Positions 17,134 through 24,893 of a stretch of 33,391 nucleotides of DNA are shown here, piece by piece. The notes beneath the pieces are model-generated. The model saw only the letters and a program-made list of their open reading frames with translations, did not search any database and had not been told where the DNA came from. Both the position numbers and the translations under genes were made by a program. This DNA is from Rhodospirillales bacterium (GTDB lineage Bacteria; Pseudomonadota; Alphaproteobacteria; Rhodospirillales; JADHTD01): NCBI GenBank assembly GCA_016776525.1, contig JADHTD010000001.1:1-33391 (forward strand). Reading direction: 5' to 3'. The stretch's first letter is position 1, and each line of letters opens with the position of its first letter.

Positions 17134-18369
17134 ATGAGTGCGCCCCAGATCATCACCCTCGGTTGCCGCCTCAACACCTTTGAATCGGAGGTCATGCGCC
17201 AAGGCGCCGCCCAGGCCGGGCTCGAAGACGCGGTGATCATCAATACCTGTGCAGTGACGGCGGAAGCCGAACGCCAGGCCCGCCAGACCATCCGCAAGGC
17301 GCGGCGCGACAACCCGCAGGCCAGGATCATCGTCACCGGCTGCGCCGCCCAGTTGGAGCCGGATAAATTCTCCGCCATGGCCGAGGTCGACCGGGTGGTC
17401 GGCAATCTGGAAAAGCTCGACGCCGCCACCTATGCCGACGATGCCGAAGCGGTGGTCGTTTCCGATATCATGACCCTGCAAGAAACCGCCGGTCACCTGA
17501 TCGGCGGTCTGGAAGGCCGCACCCGCGCCTTCGTCCAGGTGCAACAGGGCTGCGACCATCGCTGCACCTTCTGCATCATCCCCTTTGCCCGCGGCCCCAA
17601 TCGCAGCGTGCCGGCCGGGCGCGTCGTCGATCAGGTGCGGAAATTGGTTGAGGGCGGCCATGTGGAAGTGGTGCTGACCGGTGTTGATATTTCGTCCTAT
17701 GGCGCAGGTGACACCGGCCTGGGCGACTTGGCCCAACAGGTTCTGAGCGCCGTGCCGGACCTGAAACGCCTCAGGCTCAGTTCCCTCGACCCGGCGGCCA
17801 TCGACGACACTATTTTCCGCCTGCTGGCCGAAGAGCCCCGCTTCATGCCGCACCTGCACCTCAGCCTGCAGGCCCTCGATGATACTGTTCTCAAACGCAT
17901 GAAGCGCCGCCACAGCCGGGACGATGCCTTTGACGTGATCCGCCGCGCCCGGCAGGCGCGCGCCGACGTGGTTTTCGGGGCCGACCTGATCGCCGGCTTC
18001 CCGACCGAGACCGGTGAAATGTTCGAGAATACGCTCAGCGCCGTCGGCGAGCTGGACCTCACCCACCTGCATGTCTTTCCCTATTCGGCGCGCAACGGCA
18101 CCCCCGCCGCCCGCATGCCCCAGGACAATGCACCGGCCCGCAAAGAGCGCGCCGCCCGCCTGCGAGACGCCGGCGAGGCCGGATTGCAACGGCACCTCAA
18201 GGCCCAGGTCGGCGGCTTGGCGCAGGTGCTGATCGAACGCGACCGCCGCGGCCTGACCGAACATTATGCCCCGGTTGAACTGGCCGCCGAAAGCCAACCC
18301 GGTCACATCGTCACCGCCCGCATTGAAAGCGTCTCCGAAGGCAAGCTTCTGGGGAAGTTGGCCGCATGA
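17134..18369 (+). CDS. mtaB: Radical-SAM methylthiotransferase, MtaB-type (MiaB family)
   Basis: 411 aa: ITLGCRLNTFESE...INTCAVTAEA...VQQGCDHRCTFCIIPFARG, an N-terminal Cys triad plus CxxxCxxC. The stop overlaps the ftsY ATG (ATGA). Confidence 0.9.
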   Translation: MSAPQIITLGCRLNTFESEVMRQGAAQAGLEDAVIINTCAVTAEAERQARQTIRKARRDNPQARIIVTGCAAQLEPDKFSAMAEVDRVVGNLEKLDAATYADDAEAVVVSDIMTLQETAGHLIGGLEGRTRAFVQVQQGCDHRCTFCIIPFARGPNRSVPAGRVVDQVRKLVEGGHVEVVLTGVDISSYGAGDTGLGDLAQQVLSAVPDLKRLRLSSLDPAAIDDTIFRLLAEEPRFMPHLHLSLQALDDTVLKRMKRRHSRDDAFDVIRRARQARADVVFGADLIAGFPTETGEMFENTLSAVGELDLTHLHVFPYSARNGTPAARMPQDNAPARKERAARLRDAGEAGLQRHLKAQVGGLAQVLIERDRRGLTEHYAPVELAAESQPGHIVTARIESVSEGKLLGKLAA

Positions 18370-19313
18370 ACAACGGCACCTCCGAAGAGAAAAAAAGCGG
18401 CTGGCTGGGCCGCCTGCGTCAAGGCCTCAGCCGTTCGTCGGCGAAACTGGCCGGCGGCATCACCGACCTCTTTACCAAGCGCAAGCTGGACGATGCCGCC
18501 CTCGAGGAATTGGAAGAACTGCTGATCGCCGCCGACCTGGGCGTCACCACCGCCGCCAAACTATCGGCTGGCCTCGCCGCCACGCGCTTTGGCCAGGATG
18601 TGGAAGCCGACGAAATCCGCGGCGTGCTGGCCGATGAGATCGCCGCCATCCTGGAACCGGTGGCCAAGCCGCTCACCGTCGATGGCGAACATCGCCCGCA
18701 CGTCATCCTGGTCAGCGGCGTCAACGGCAGCGGCAAGACCACCACCATCGGCAAACTGGCCCGCCACTTTAAAGACCAGGGCCTTTCCGTCATGCTGGCC
18801 GCCGGCGACACCTTCCGCGCCGCCGCCATCGAACAACTGCAAATCTGGGGCGAGCGCAACAACTGCCCGGTTGTCGCCAGCGCACCCGGCGCCGATGCCG
18901 CCGGGCTGGCCTTCGACGCCTTGGCCCGGGCCAAAGCCGACGGCATGGATATCCTGATGATCGACACCGCCGGGCGTTTGCAGAATAAAAAAGACCTGAT
19001 GGCGGAACTGGAAAAGATCGTCCGCGTCATCAAAAAGCAGGACCCAACGGCGCCCCATGACTGCCTTTTGGTGATGGACGCCACCATCGGCCAGAACGCC
19101 CATGCCCAAGTCGAGGTCTTCAAGGAGATGGTCAACGTCAGCGGCCTGGTCCTGACCAAGCTGGACGGTTCCGCCAAGGGCGGCGTGGTGGTGGCGCTGG
19201 CCGAAAAATTCGGCCTTCCCGTGGTCGCCATCGGCGTCGGCGAGAAGGCCGAGGACATGCGGCCTTTCGAGGCGGATGCTTTCGCCCGCTCTTTATTGGG
19301 TCTAGAAGCCTGA
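18366..19313 (+). CDS. ftsY: Signal recognition particle receptor FtsY
   Basis: 315 aa: ILVSGVNGSGKTTTIGKLA...AAGDTFRAAAIEQL...IDTAGRLQNK...VLTKLDGSAKGG. Confidence 0.95.
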   Translation: MNNGTSEEKKSGWLGRLRQGLSRSSAKLAGGITDLFTKRKLDDAALEELEELLIAADLGVTTAAKLSAGLAATRFGQDVEADEIRGVLADEIAAILEPVAKPLTVDGEHRPHVILVSGVNGSGKTTTIGKLARHFKDQGLSVMLAAGDTFRAAAIEQLQIWGERNNCPVVASAPGADAAGLAFDALARAKADGMDILMIDTAGRLQNKKDLMAELEKIVRVIKKQDPTAPHDCLLVMDATIGQNAHAQVEVFKEMVNVSGLVLTKLDGSAKGGVVVALAEKFGLPVVAIGVGEKAEDMRPFEADAFARSLLGLEA

Positions 19314-19325
19314 CGGCTTCTAGAC
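19300..19325 (+). terminator. 11-bp perfect hairpin whose loop carries the ftsY stop codon (terminator-like, no U-tract)
   Basis: GTCTAGAAGCC-TGAC-GGCTTCTAGAC. The TGA at 19311-19313 sits in the 4-nt loop. Confidence 0.35.
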
Positions 19326-19494
19326 GGGGACTCGACCCCAACCCAAGGGTTTTAAGTTCCCTCAGACGCCGGGCGGGCTGCGCCCTTGGCTCGCGAAACG
19401 GTTCGCGGCCCGCAGTCGCGGGCTGGTTTCCATCTCGCTTAATCCAGGTATTGTTGGGTTGGGGTCAAGCTCCAGAAACATCCCCCCAACCCAA
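19326..19494. repeat. Interspersed repeat element, copy A (MITE/REP-like)
   Basis: GGGGACTCGACCCCAACCCAA (19326-19346) is an inverted match to TTGGGTTGGGGTCAAGCTCC (19454-19473). CCCCAACCCAA recurs at 19484-19494. An internal three-hairpin module at 19357-19422 is shared with 23361-23433. Confidence 0.5.
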
Positions 19495-19585
19495 ATGGGT
19501 GGGTGCACTTCGGCTGAAACTCGGCGTACAATAAAAGTTCAAGAATTCTGGCCCGACCGGGCACCACAGAACAGGGGGATTACCG

Positions 19586-20086
19586 ATGCTGAAAAAAATC
19601 ATTGCCGCCGCAGGCCTGCTCGCTTTCTTGGCCGTCCCGGCCCAGGCCGCCGACGGTCCCACAGCCAGTTTTAAAAGCCTGACCGTTGAGATGGCCCAGA
19701 AACTGGCCAATGCTACATTAACCGCCTGCCGCAAGGCCGACTTCCAGGTGGCCGTCGCCGTCGTCGACCGCAGCGGCGTTTTGCAGGTTCTCTTGCGGGA
19801 CAGGCTGGCCGGACCGCATACACCGGCCGTCGCCAAAGGCAAAGCCTGGACGGCGCTCAGCTTCCGCACCGACACCACGGAACTCAGCGAAGCCACCCAG
19901 GCCGGTAAGGAAGCCTCCGGCATCCGGCAGGTTCCGGGGGCCATCGTCGTCGGTGGCGGCGTCATGGTGCGGGCCGCCGGTCAACTGGTCGGCGCCGTTG
20001 GCGTTTCCGGCGCCCCCAGCGGCACAGCGGACGACGCCTGCGCCCGCAAGGGCATCGAAGCGGTACAGGACGACCTGGATTTTTAA
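19586..20086 (+). CDS. Secreted GlcG/HbpS-like (DUF336) heme-binding family protein
   Basis: 166 aa. Signal peptide MLKKIIAAAGLLAFLAVPAQA, then ...VAVAVVDRSGVLQVLLRD...AKGKAWTALSF...GGGVMV...GAVGVSGAPSGTADDACA. Confidence 0.8.
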   Translation: MLKKIIAAAGLLAFLAVPAQAADGPTASFKSLTVEMAQKLANATLTACRKADFQVAVAVVDRSGVLQVLLRDRLAGPHTPAVAKGKAWTALSFRTDTTELSEATQAGKEASGIRQVPGAIVVGGGVMVRAAGQLVGAVGVSGAPSGTADDACARKGIEAVQDDLDF

Positions 20087-20148
20087 TTGCTTTCATTCGC
20101 ACCCGCCACCGGCCAACCCGGGCGCGAATGAACATATTCCGCCGTCAA

Positions 20149-20186
20149 TTTATCCCGGGTGCGGTTGGGTCGGGGTCGAGTCCCGG
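20149..20186. repeat. Interspersed repeat, copy B
   Basis: TTATCCCGGGTGCGGTTGGGTCGGGGTCGAGTCCCGG aligns with 23462-23498 (TTATCCCGGGTGCGGTTGGGTAAGGATTGAGTCCGGG). The similarity continues into the DUF2141 stop region. Confidence 0.5.
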
Positions 20187-20666
20187 CTAATAATCAATAA
20201 GGATGGTGATCGCTGCGCCCTTGGTGCCGAGGCGCACCTTGGCCTCGGCGAAGTCCGGCGGGCCGAGAAAAGCCCGGGCGCCGTTTGAGAAGCCGTATCC
20301 TTCCAGGGGAATGCCGAACAGCCCCTGGTCGAATTCACCATTACCGTTTTCATCGTGGAAAACGGCCACCGCGTAGTCGCCGGGGTTCAATCCTGCAAAG
20401 CGAGCCTCGACCTGGTTACCAATAACCGCCACCGTTTGACCCGCCAATTTGCCGTCGTCGTCGGGAAAGGCTTCCGCCCGGTCATAAAGGGCGAACCGCA
20501 CGTCGCCCTTAACGGAGCGCAGAGCGTCAACCACCACCCGCAGGTCGGCGGCAGCGGCGTCAAAGGCCGGAATAACGCTCAAGAGCGCCAGCCAGAGAAT
20601 TAATCGGGTCGGAAGAAAACGGAACGGACGGTCCGGCACTACGGCATCAGCCTTCGCCTTCGGCAT
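20187..20666 (-). CDS. DUF2141-family secreted protein
   Basis: ORF 20187..20750. The ATG at 20666-20664 follows GAAGGAG. The translation has a hydrophobic signal segment LILWLALLSVIPAF and then DLRVVVDALRSVKGDVRFALYD...YAVAVFHDENGNGEFD...GIPLEGYGFSN, typical of DUF2141. The start is uncertain; it overlaps the upstream ORF by 20 nt. Confidence 0.75.
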   Translation of the reverse strand: MPKAKADAVVPDRPFRFLPTRLILWLALLSVIPAFDAAAADLRVVVDALRSVKGDVRFALYDRAEAFPDDDGKLAGQTVAVIGNQVEARFAGLNPGDYAVAVFHDENGNGEFDQGLFGIPLEGYGFSNGARAFLGPPDFAEAKVRLGTKGAAITILIDY

Positions 20667-20856
20667 CCCCTTCTTCTCCTTCAGGGATTTCCATTTCCCC
20701 CGTCGGATCGGTTTCCAGAAGCTGGGCGACCGTTTCGAAGGTTTCGGCATTGACCGCCATCTGGTCCTTCAGGGACGGGTTCTGTTCCCCCACATCCCGG
20801 AAGAATACGGCAGCATTTCGCAAAAGGTTGGCGGCAATATCGGCATGGGTCGCCAT
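20647..20856 (-). CDS. Hypothetical small acidic protein (69 aa)
   Basis: AAGGAA lies 8 nt before the ATG, and codon third positions are gene-like. Translation: MATHADIAANLLRNAAVFFRDVGEQNPSLKDQMAVNAETFETVAQLLETDPTGEMEIPEGEEGDAEGEG. No family recognised. Confidence 0.55.
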   Translation of the reverse strand: MATHADIAANLLRNAAVFFRDVGEQNPSLKDQMAVNAETFETVAQLLETDPTGEMEIPEGEEGDAEGEG

Positions 20857-20963
20857 CAGTCAGTTCCTTGTCCGGTACAAATGATGGGGAACCCTAACAT
20901 GCTCGCCAAAACGGGTCACTGGAAACCGTGTGCAATCAGGAGGCCCCTTACAGAGTTCGGCCC

Positions 20964-21188
20964 CTAAACCTGGATATTGAGGTAGAATCCTCTCGGCACG
21001 TCGTCGCGGGGCGCTTTTCCGGCATCCATAAACTGTTCGAGCCGGTCCAGGGCCTTGCGGTTGCGGGGTGTCTCGTTGCTTTCGGTAACCGAAGCACGGG
21101 CTGTCACCTCGCGGGCCGCCTGATACCCCCGGGGGCGTCTGGCTTCCTGAATCATAGCGAGTTGGGTGCTGGAGAGAATCTTCGACAT
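20964..21188 (-). CDS. Hypothetical small protein (74 aa)
   Basis: The ORF has gene-like codon usage but a weak RBS. Translation: MSKILSSTQLAMIQEARRPRGYQAAREV...PRDDVPRGFYLNIQV. No family recognised. Confidence 0.45.
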   Translation of the reverse strand: MSKILSSTQLAMIQEARRPRGYQAAREVTARASVTESNETPRNRKALDRLEQFMDAGKAPRDDVPRGFYLNIQV

Positions 21189-21242
21189 GCCCCCAGCATG
21201 CCCGAAAATGGTTAACGGAATCTCTATCGGGACAAGATTCTT

Positions 21243-21773
21243 TTACAGACTGAAGGCCTGATCGGCAGGAGCCGACTCGACCACCGGGAAAGCGCCGTCC
21301 CGGTAGCGTTCCAGGGCCCAGGTAATGCTCGGAAAAGCCAGCTCCGGCCAGGGGATTTCGTCGAGTCCGAAAAGCGCCACTTCCTGGCTCTCCTCGCCGG
21401 GAGAGAAGTCATCGGTCAACATGCGGGCCCGGAAAATCACGTAGACATGGCTGATGCGGGCGATGTCGTAGATGCCGACCAGGTCACTGACCTCGACCTT
21501 GGCGCCGGCTTCTTCCAGGGTTTCCCGGGCCGCCCCTTCCATGGTGGTCTCACCCAGTTCCATAAAACCGGCCGGGATCGTCCAATAGCCCAAACGCGGT
21601 TCGATGGCCCGGCGGCACAAAAGAATCTTATCGCCCCATTCGCAGATGGTGCCGACGATGACCTTCGGGTTGTCGTATTCGATATAACCGCAATCGGGGC
21701 AGACCAGCCGTGTCCGGTTATCCCCATCGGGCACCGTTTCGACGGACGGTCCGGTAATATTCTTCCCTGTCAT
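21243..21773 (-). CDS. NUDIX hydrolase with an N-terminal zinc-ribbon
   Basis: ORF 21243..21809, with the ATG at 21773-21771 preferred (MTGKNITG...). CPDCGYIEYDNP is the Zn ribbon. The Nudix box is GFMELGETTMEGAARETLEEAGA. Confidence 0.85.
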   Translation of the reverse strand: MTGKNITGPSVETVPDGDNRTRLVCPDCGYIEYDNPKVIVGTICEWGDKILLCRRAIEPRLGYWTIPAGFMELGETTMEGAARETLEEAGAKVEVSDLVGIYDIARISHVYVIFRARMLTDDFSPGEESQEVALFGLDEIPWPELAFPSITWALERYRDGAFPVVESAPADQAFSL

Positions 21774-21856
21774 GACCGCGACTCTGACCCGAGCCCACGC
21801 TGCTGGCAAGTTGGAATTGGGAAAAACCTGTTGGGTTGGGCTGCCCCGAGCCTTCT

Positions 21857-22045
21857 TCAGGCTTCTATATCGACTTGGGTCCCGCGGTCGGGATCAACGG
21901 GGGCCGCGGGCTCATCCTGGCGTTCGGGGGCGGCTTCGGCTTCCTGGACAATGGCCAGGACTTCCTGTTCCTGGGTCAGGGACTGGCGCAAAACCTGCTG
22001 GGCCAGGGCTTGGGAGGTAGCGGCGTGGGTCGGTTTGATGGCCAT
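21857..22045 (-). CDS. Hypothetical small protein (62 aa)
   Basis: Strong AAGGAG lies 9 nt before the ATG, and GC3 is high. Translation: MAIKPTHAATSQALAQQVLRQSLTQEQEVLAIVQEAEAAPERQDEPAAPVDPDRGTQVDIEA. It is co-oriented with and upstream of the NUDIX gene. Confidence 0.55.
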   Translation of the reverse strand: MAIKPTHAATSQALAQQVLRQSLTQEQEVLAIVQEAEAAPERQDEPAAPVDPDRGTQVDIEA

Positions 22046-22268
22046 TTTAGTGGCTCCTTATTCGCGGGGAGAGATTCTTCTCCCTTATATGTTCGCCCTA
22101 TTATGTTGGTTGCTTTGGATGGAATTTCAATGACTAAGCAAAAACACGGATGTATGACTGTGGATTCTCATAGCCGGGTTTCTGTGCTATGTCCTGAAGA
22201 TGGCCATATGGGCGGCGCACGCTTATAAAGGCACCGCCGCGAGTCGCGGACGGCGAACCGAGGGAGCC

Positions 22269-23357
22269 ATGGCGATAAACAATAACCGGACCTTTCTGGG
22301 TGGGCTTGGAATTTCCCTGCGTCTCTACCTGTTGATCGGTATCGCGCTGGTCGGTTTCGTCGGCTTTCTGGCCTTGTTCTTCTTTGCCGACAAGCGGCTG
22401 GAAACGACCCTGGAACGGCTCGAGGCTTTCCGTCAGATCGCCGCGCTGACCGCCGAGGTCGGCGCCGGCACCCTGAAGATGCAGCGCCGGGAATGGGACT
22501 TCACCAACGAAGGCGGCGACAACGCCTCCGAGGGCTATAAGGCGGAGGCCGACAAGGTGCTGAACGCCCTCAATGCCTTGGGCGCCATGCCGGAAGCGTC
22601 GCCCGTGCGCAACCATGTGGAAACTGTCCACGACGGTGTCGTCCAGTATATCGAACAATTTTCCAAACTGACTGCCGCCGATACGCCGCCCGCTGCGGAT
22701 GCCCCGGAGGTAAAGCGGCTCGGCGAAATCTTCTCCTATATGACGCTGGGCATGGAGGCCCTGTCCGGGTTCGCCGCCGATAATGCGACCCAAGCCCGCC
22801 AGCAGGTTATCAGCGCCCGCATCCAGGGCAAGCGGCTGCTGATCATTGACGGGGTGGCCATCGTGCTCTTGCTGATCGTCGGCGGCGTCGCCCTCACCAA
22901 CAGCGTCACCCGGCCCTTGAAGGCGATCCGCGAAACGACCACGCAATTGGCCTTCGGTAACCATTCGATCACCGTTCCGGCCATCGGCAACAAGGACGAG
23001 GTCGGCGACATGGCCCGCGCCCTGCAAGGCATCCGCAACGAACTGGAAGAGGTTCAGGGTTTGCGCGCCGCCCAGGAAATCATCGGTCCGGCCCTGTTGT
23101 CGGAACGCCGCGAAGACACCCTGGAACTGGCCGAGGATTTCCAGTCCCGCATGGCGATCATCGTCGAGGCCATCAATTCGACCCTGTCGGAAGTGCGGGA
23201 AACGGCGTCCAACGTTCCGGAACGGCCGGGCAAGCTGGGCGAGATCACCGCCGCCGTGGCCGCTGCGCGGATCATCGCCTCGTCGGCGGAACTCTCCAAG
23301 CAATCGGAAATCCTGCAAGGCGAGATCGACTGGTTCCTGACCCAGTTGAAGGCTTAA
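22269..23357 (+). CDS. Membrane HAMP-domain protein, MCP-like but lacking the core signalling hairpin
   Basis: ORF 22200..23357. The ATG at 22269 gives 362 aa. Layout: TM1 (LGISLRLYLLIGIALVGFVGFLALFFFA), a periplasmic region of about 150 aa, TM2 (LLIIDGVAIVLLLIVGGVAL), HAMP (TRPLKAIRE...DEVGDMARAL), then only about 100 aa ending ...ELSKQSEILQGEIDWFLTQLKA. Confidence 0.75.
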   Translation: MAINNNRTFLGGLGISLRLYLLIGIALVGFVGFLALFFFADKRLETTLERLEAFRQIAALTAEVGAGTLKMQRREWDFTNEGGDNASEGYKAEADKVLNALNALGAMPEASPVRNHVETVHDGVVQYIEQFSKLTAADTPPAADAPEVKRLGEIFSYMTLGMEALSGFAADNATQARQQVISARIQGKRLLIIDGVAIVLLLIVGGVALTNSVTRPLKAIRETTTQLAFGNHSITVPAIGNKDEVGDMARALQGIRNELEEVQGLRAAQEIIGPALLSERREDTLELAEDFQSRMAIIVEAINSTLSEVRETASNVPERPGKLGEITAAVAAARIIASSAELSKQSEILQGEIDWFLTQLKA

Positions 23358-23360
23358 TCA

Positions 23361-23540
23361 TTTCCCTCAAACGCCGGGCGGGGGCGTTCGCCCCCTTGGC
23401 TTACGCGAAACGGTTCGCGGCGCGCGGTCGCGCTTGCCTCAAACCGCAAGCGGTTTTCGGATTATCCCGGGTGCGGTTGGGTAAGGATTGAGTCCGGGTA
23501 AATAATCAAAAAAGTTCGGTTGGGTTAGGGTCAAGCTCCA
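23361..23540. repeat. Interspersed repeat element, copy C (composite)
   Basis: It contains the three-hairpin module (23361-23433, homologous to 19357-19422). It also contains the TTATCCCGGGTGCGGTTGGGT... segment (23462-23498, homologous to 20149-20185) and GGTTGGGTTAGGGTCAAGCTCC (23519-23540, homologous to 19453-19473). Confidence 0.5.
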
Positions 23541-23546
23541 AGAAAT

Positions 23547-24737
23547 TCAATCCGCCCGCAACACTTTAACCCCCGGCAGGTCTTTGCCTTCCAGCCATTC
23601 GAGGAAAGCGCCGCCGGCCGTCGAGATATAGGAGAAATCGCCGTCCGCCCCGGCATGGGCGAGGGCGGCCACCGTGTCGCCGCCGCCGGCAACGCTGAGC
23701 AGGGCGCCGTCGCGGGTCAGCCGCGCCGCTTCCCGGGCAACGGCGTTGGTGGCCGCGTCGAACGGCGGAATCTCAAAAGCCCCCAGGGGGCCGTTCCAGA
23801 CCACCGTCTTGCATTGGGCCAGACGCTTGTTCAGGTCATCAACCGTGGCCGGTCCGGCGTCCAAGATCATGGCGTCCGAAGGCACCGCATCGACGCCAAC
23901 CGTCTCACTGTCGGCCCCTTCCTTGAATTCGCGGGCGATGACGGCATCGAGCGGCAGCACCACCTCGCAACCGGCCGCCGCCGCCTCGTCCAGAATGGCT
24001 CTGGCCTGGTCCGCCATGTCGTGTTCACAGAGCGACTTGCCGACATCTACACCGCGGGCATTGAGGAAGGTGTTGGCCATACCGCCGCCGATGATCAGTT
24101 GATCGACTTTTTTCGAGAGGTTGCCCAGCACCGTCAGCTTGGTGGAAATCTTGGCACCGCCGACGACGGCGGCCACCGGGTGCTGCGGGTTATCCAAGGC
24201 CCCGGAAAGGGCCTCCAGTTCCGCCTGCATGAGACGTCCGGCAACCGCCGGCAAATGATGGGCGATGGCCTCGGTCGAGGCATGGGCCCGGTGCGAGCAG
24301 GAAAAGGCGTCGCTGACATAAAGGTCGCCCTGGGCGGCCAGCAGTCCGGCGAAAATGGTGTCGTTTTCGGTTTCTTCTGCGTGGAAGCGCAGGTTTTCCA
24401 GCATCGCCACGTCGCCGGGGCGCATGAAATTAATTACCGCCTCGGCGCCGCCGCCGACGCAATCCTCACCGAAAGCCACCGGCATGCCCAGCGTCTCGGA
24501 CAAGGCCCCCGCGACGGGTTTGAGCGACATTTCCGGCACCCGCTGTCCTTTGGGGCGGCCGAAATGGCTGAGCACGATAACCTTGGCTCCTTTGTCGCTG
24601 AGTTCTTTCAGGGTCGGCACGGTGCGGTCGATACGGGTCGTATCGGTGATGCGCCCATCCTGCATGGGCACGTTGAGGTCGGCACGGACCAGGACCCGTT
24701 TGCCGGAAACGTCGATGTCATCAAGGATTTTATACAT
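23547..24737 (-). CDS. pgk: Phosphoglycerate kinase
   Basis: 396 aa: [13 protein letters not shown]...RIDRTVPTL...[10 protein letters not shown]...GGAKISTK...GGGMANTF...[14 protein letters not shown]. Confidence 0.95.
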   Translation of the reverse strand: MYKILDDIDVSGKRVLVRADLNVPMQDGRITDTTRIDRTVPTLKELSDKGAKVIVLSHFGRPKGQRVPEMSLKPVAGALSETLGMPVAFGEDCVGGGAEAVINFMRPGDVAMLENLRFHAEETENDTIFAGLLAAQGDLYVSDAFSCSHRAHASTEAIAHHLPAVAGRLMQAELEALSGALDNPQHPVAAVVGGAKISTKLTVLGNLSKKVDQLIIGGGMANTFLNARGVDVGKSLCEHDMADQARAILDEAAAAGCEVVLPLDAVIAREFKEGADSETVGVDAVPSDAMILDAGPATVDDLNKRLAQCKTVVWNGPLGAFEIPPFDAATNAVAREAARLTRDGALLSVAGGGDTVAALAHAGADGDFSYISTAGGAFLEWLEGKDLPGVKVLRAD

Positions 24738-24893
24738 TTACACAATCCATCAAATCATTGGTGGGCCGGTCGGGGCCGCCCTTGTTATATTATATTTTTC
24801 TTATATAGCAAAAGCCTCCTGCCGTCAGGCCCTTATATCCGGTCCGCAGCATGCCGCGGCGGCCCGGATGGTTACCTCTGCTATATTAAGAAT

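Noticed and set aside
20155-20185. CGGG-GTCGAGT-CCCG inside the repeat looks like a tRNA T-arm, suggesting a tRNA gene or an att site remnant.
   Set aside because: No D-arm, anticodon arm or acceptor pairing can be built around it, and the loop lacks the canonical TTC. There is no integrase nearby. I treat it as part of the repeat family.
20647-21188. The two adjacent small ORFs (69 aa and 74 aa) as a toxin-antitoxin pair.
   Set aside because: They are separated by 107 nt rather than overlapping or abutting. Neither shows a recognisable toxin or antitoxin fold motif that I can identify from sequence, so there is no supporting evidence.
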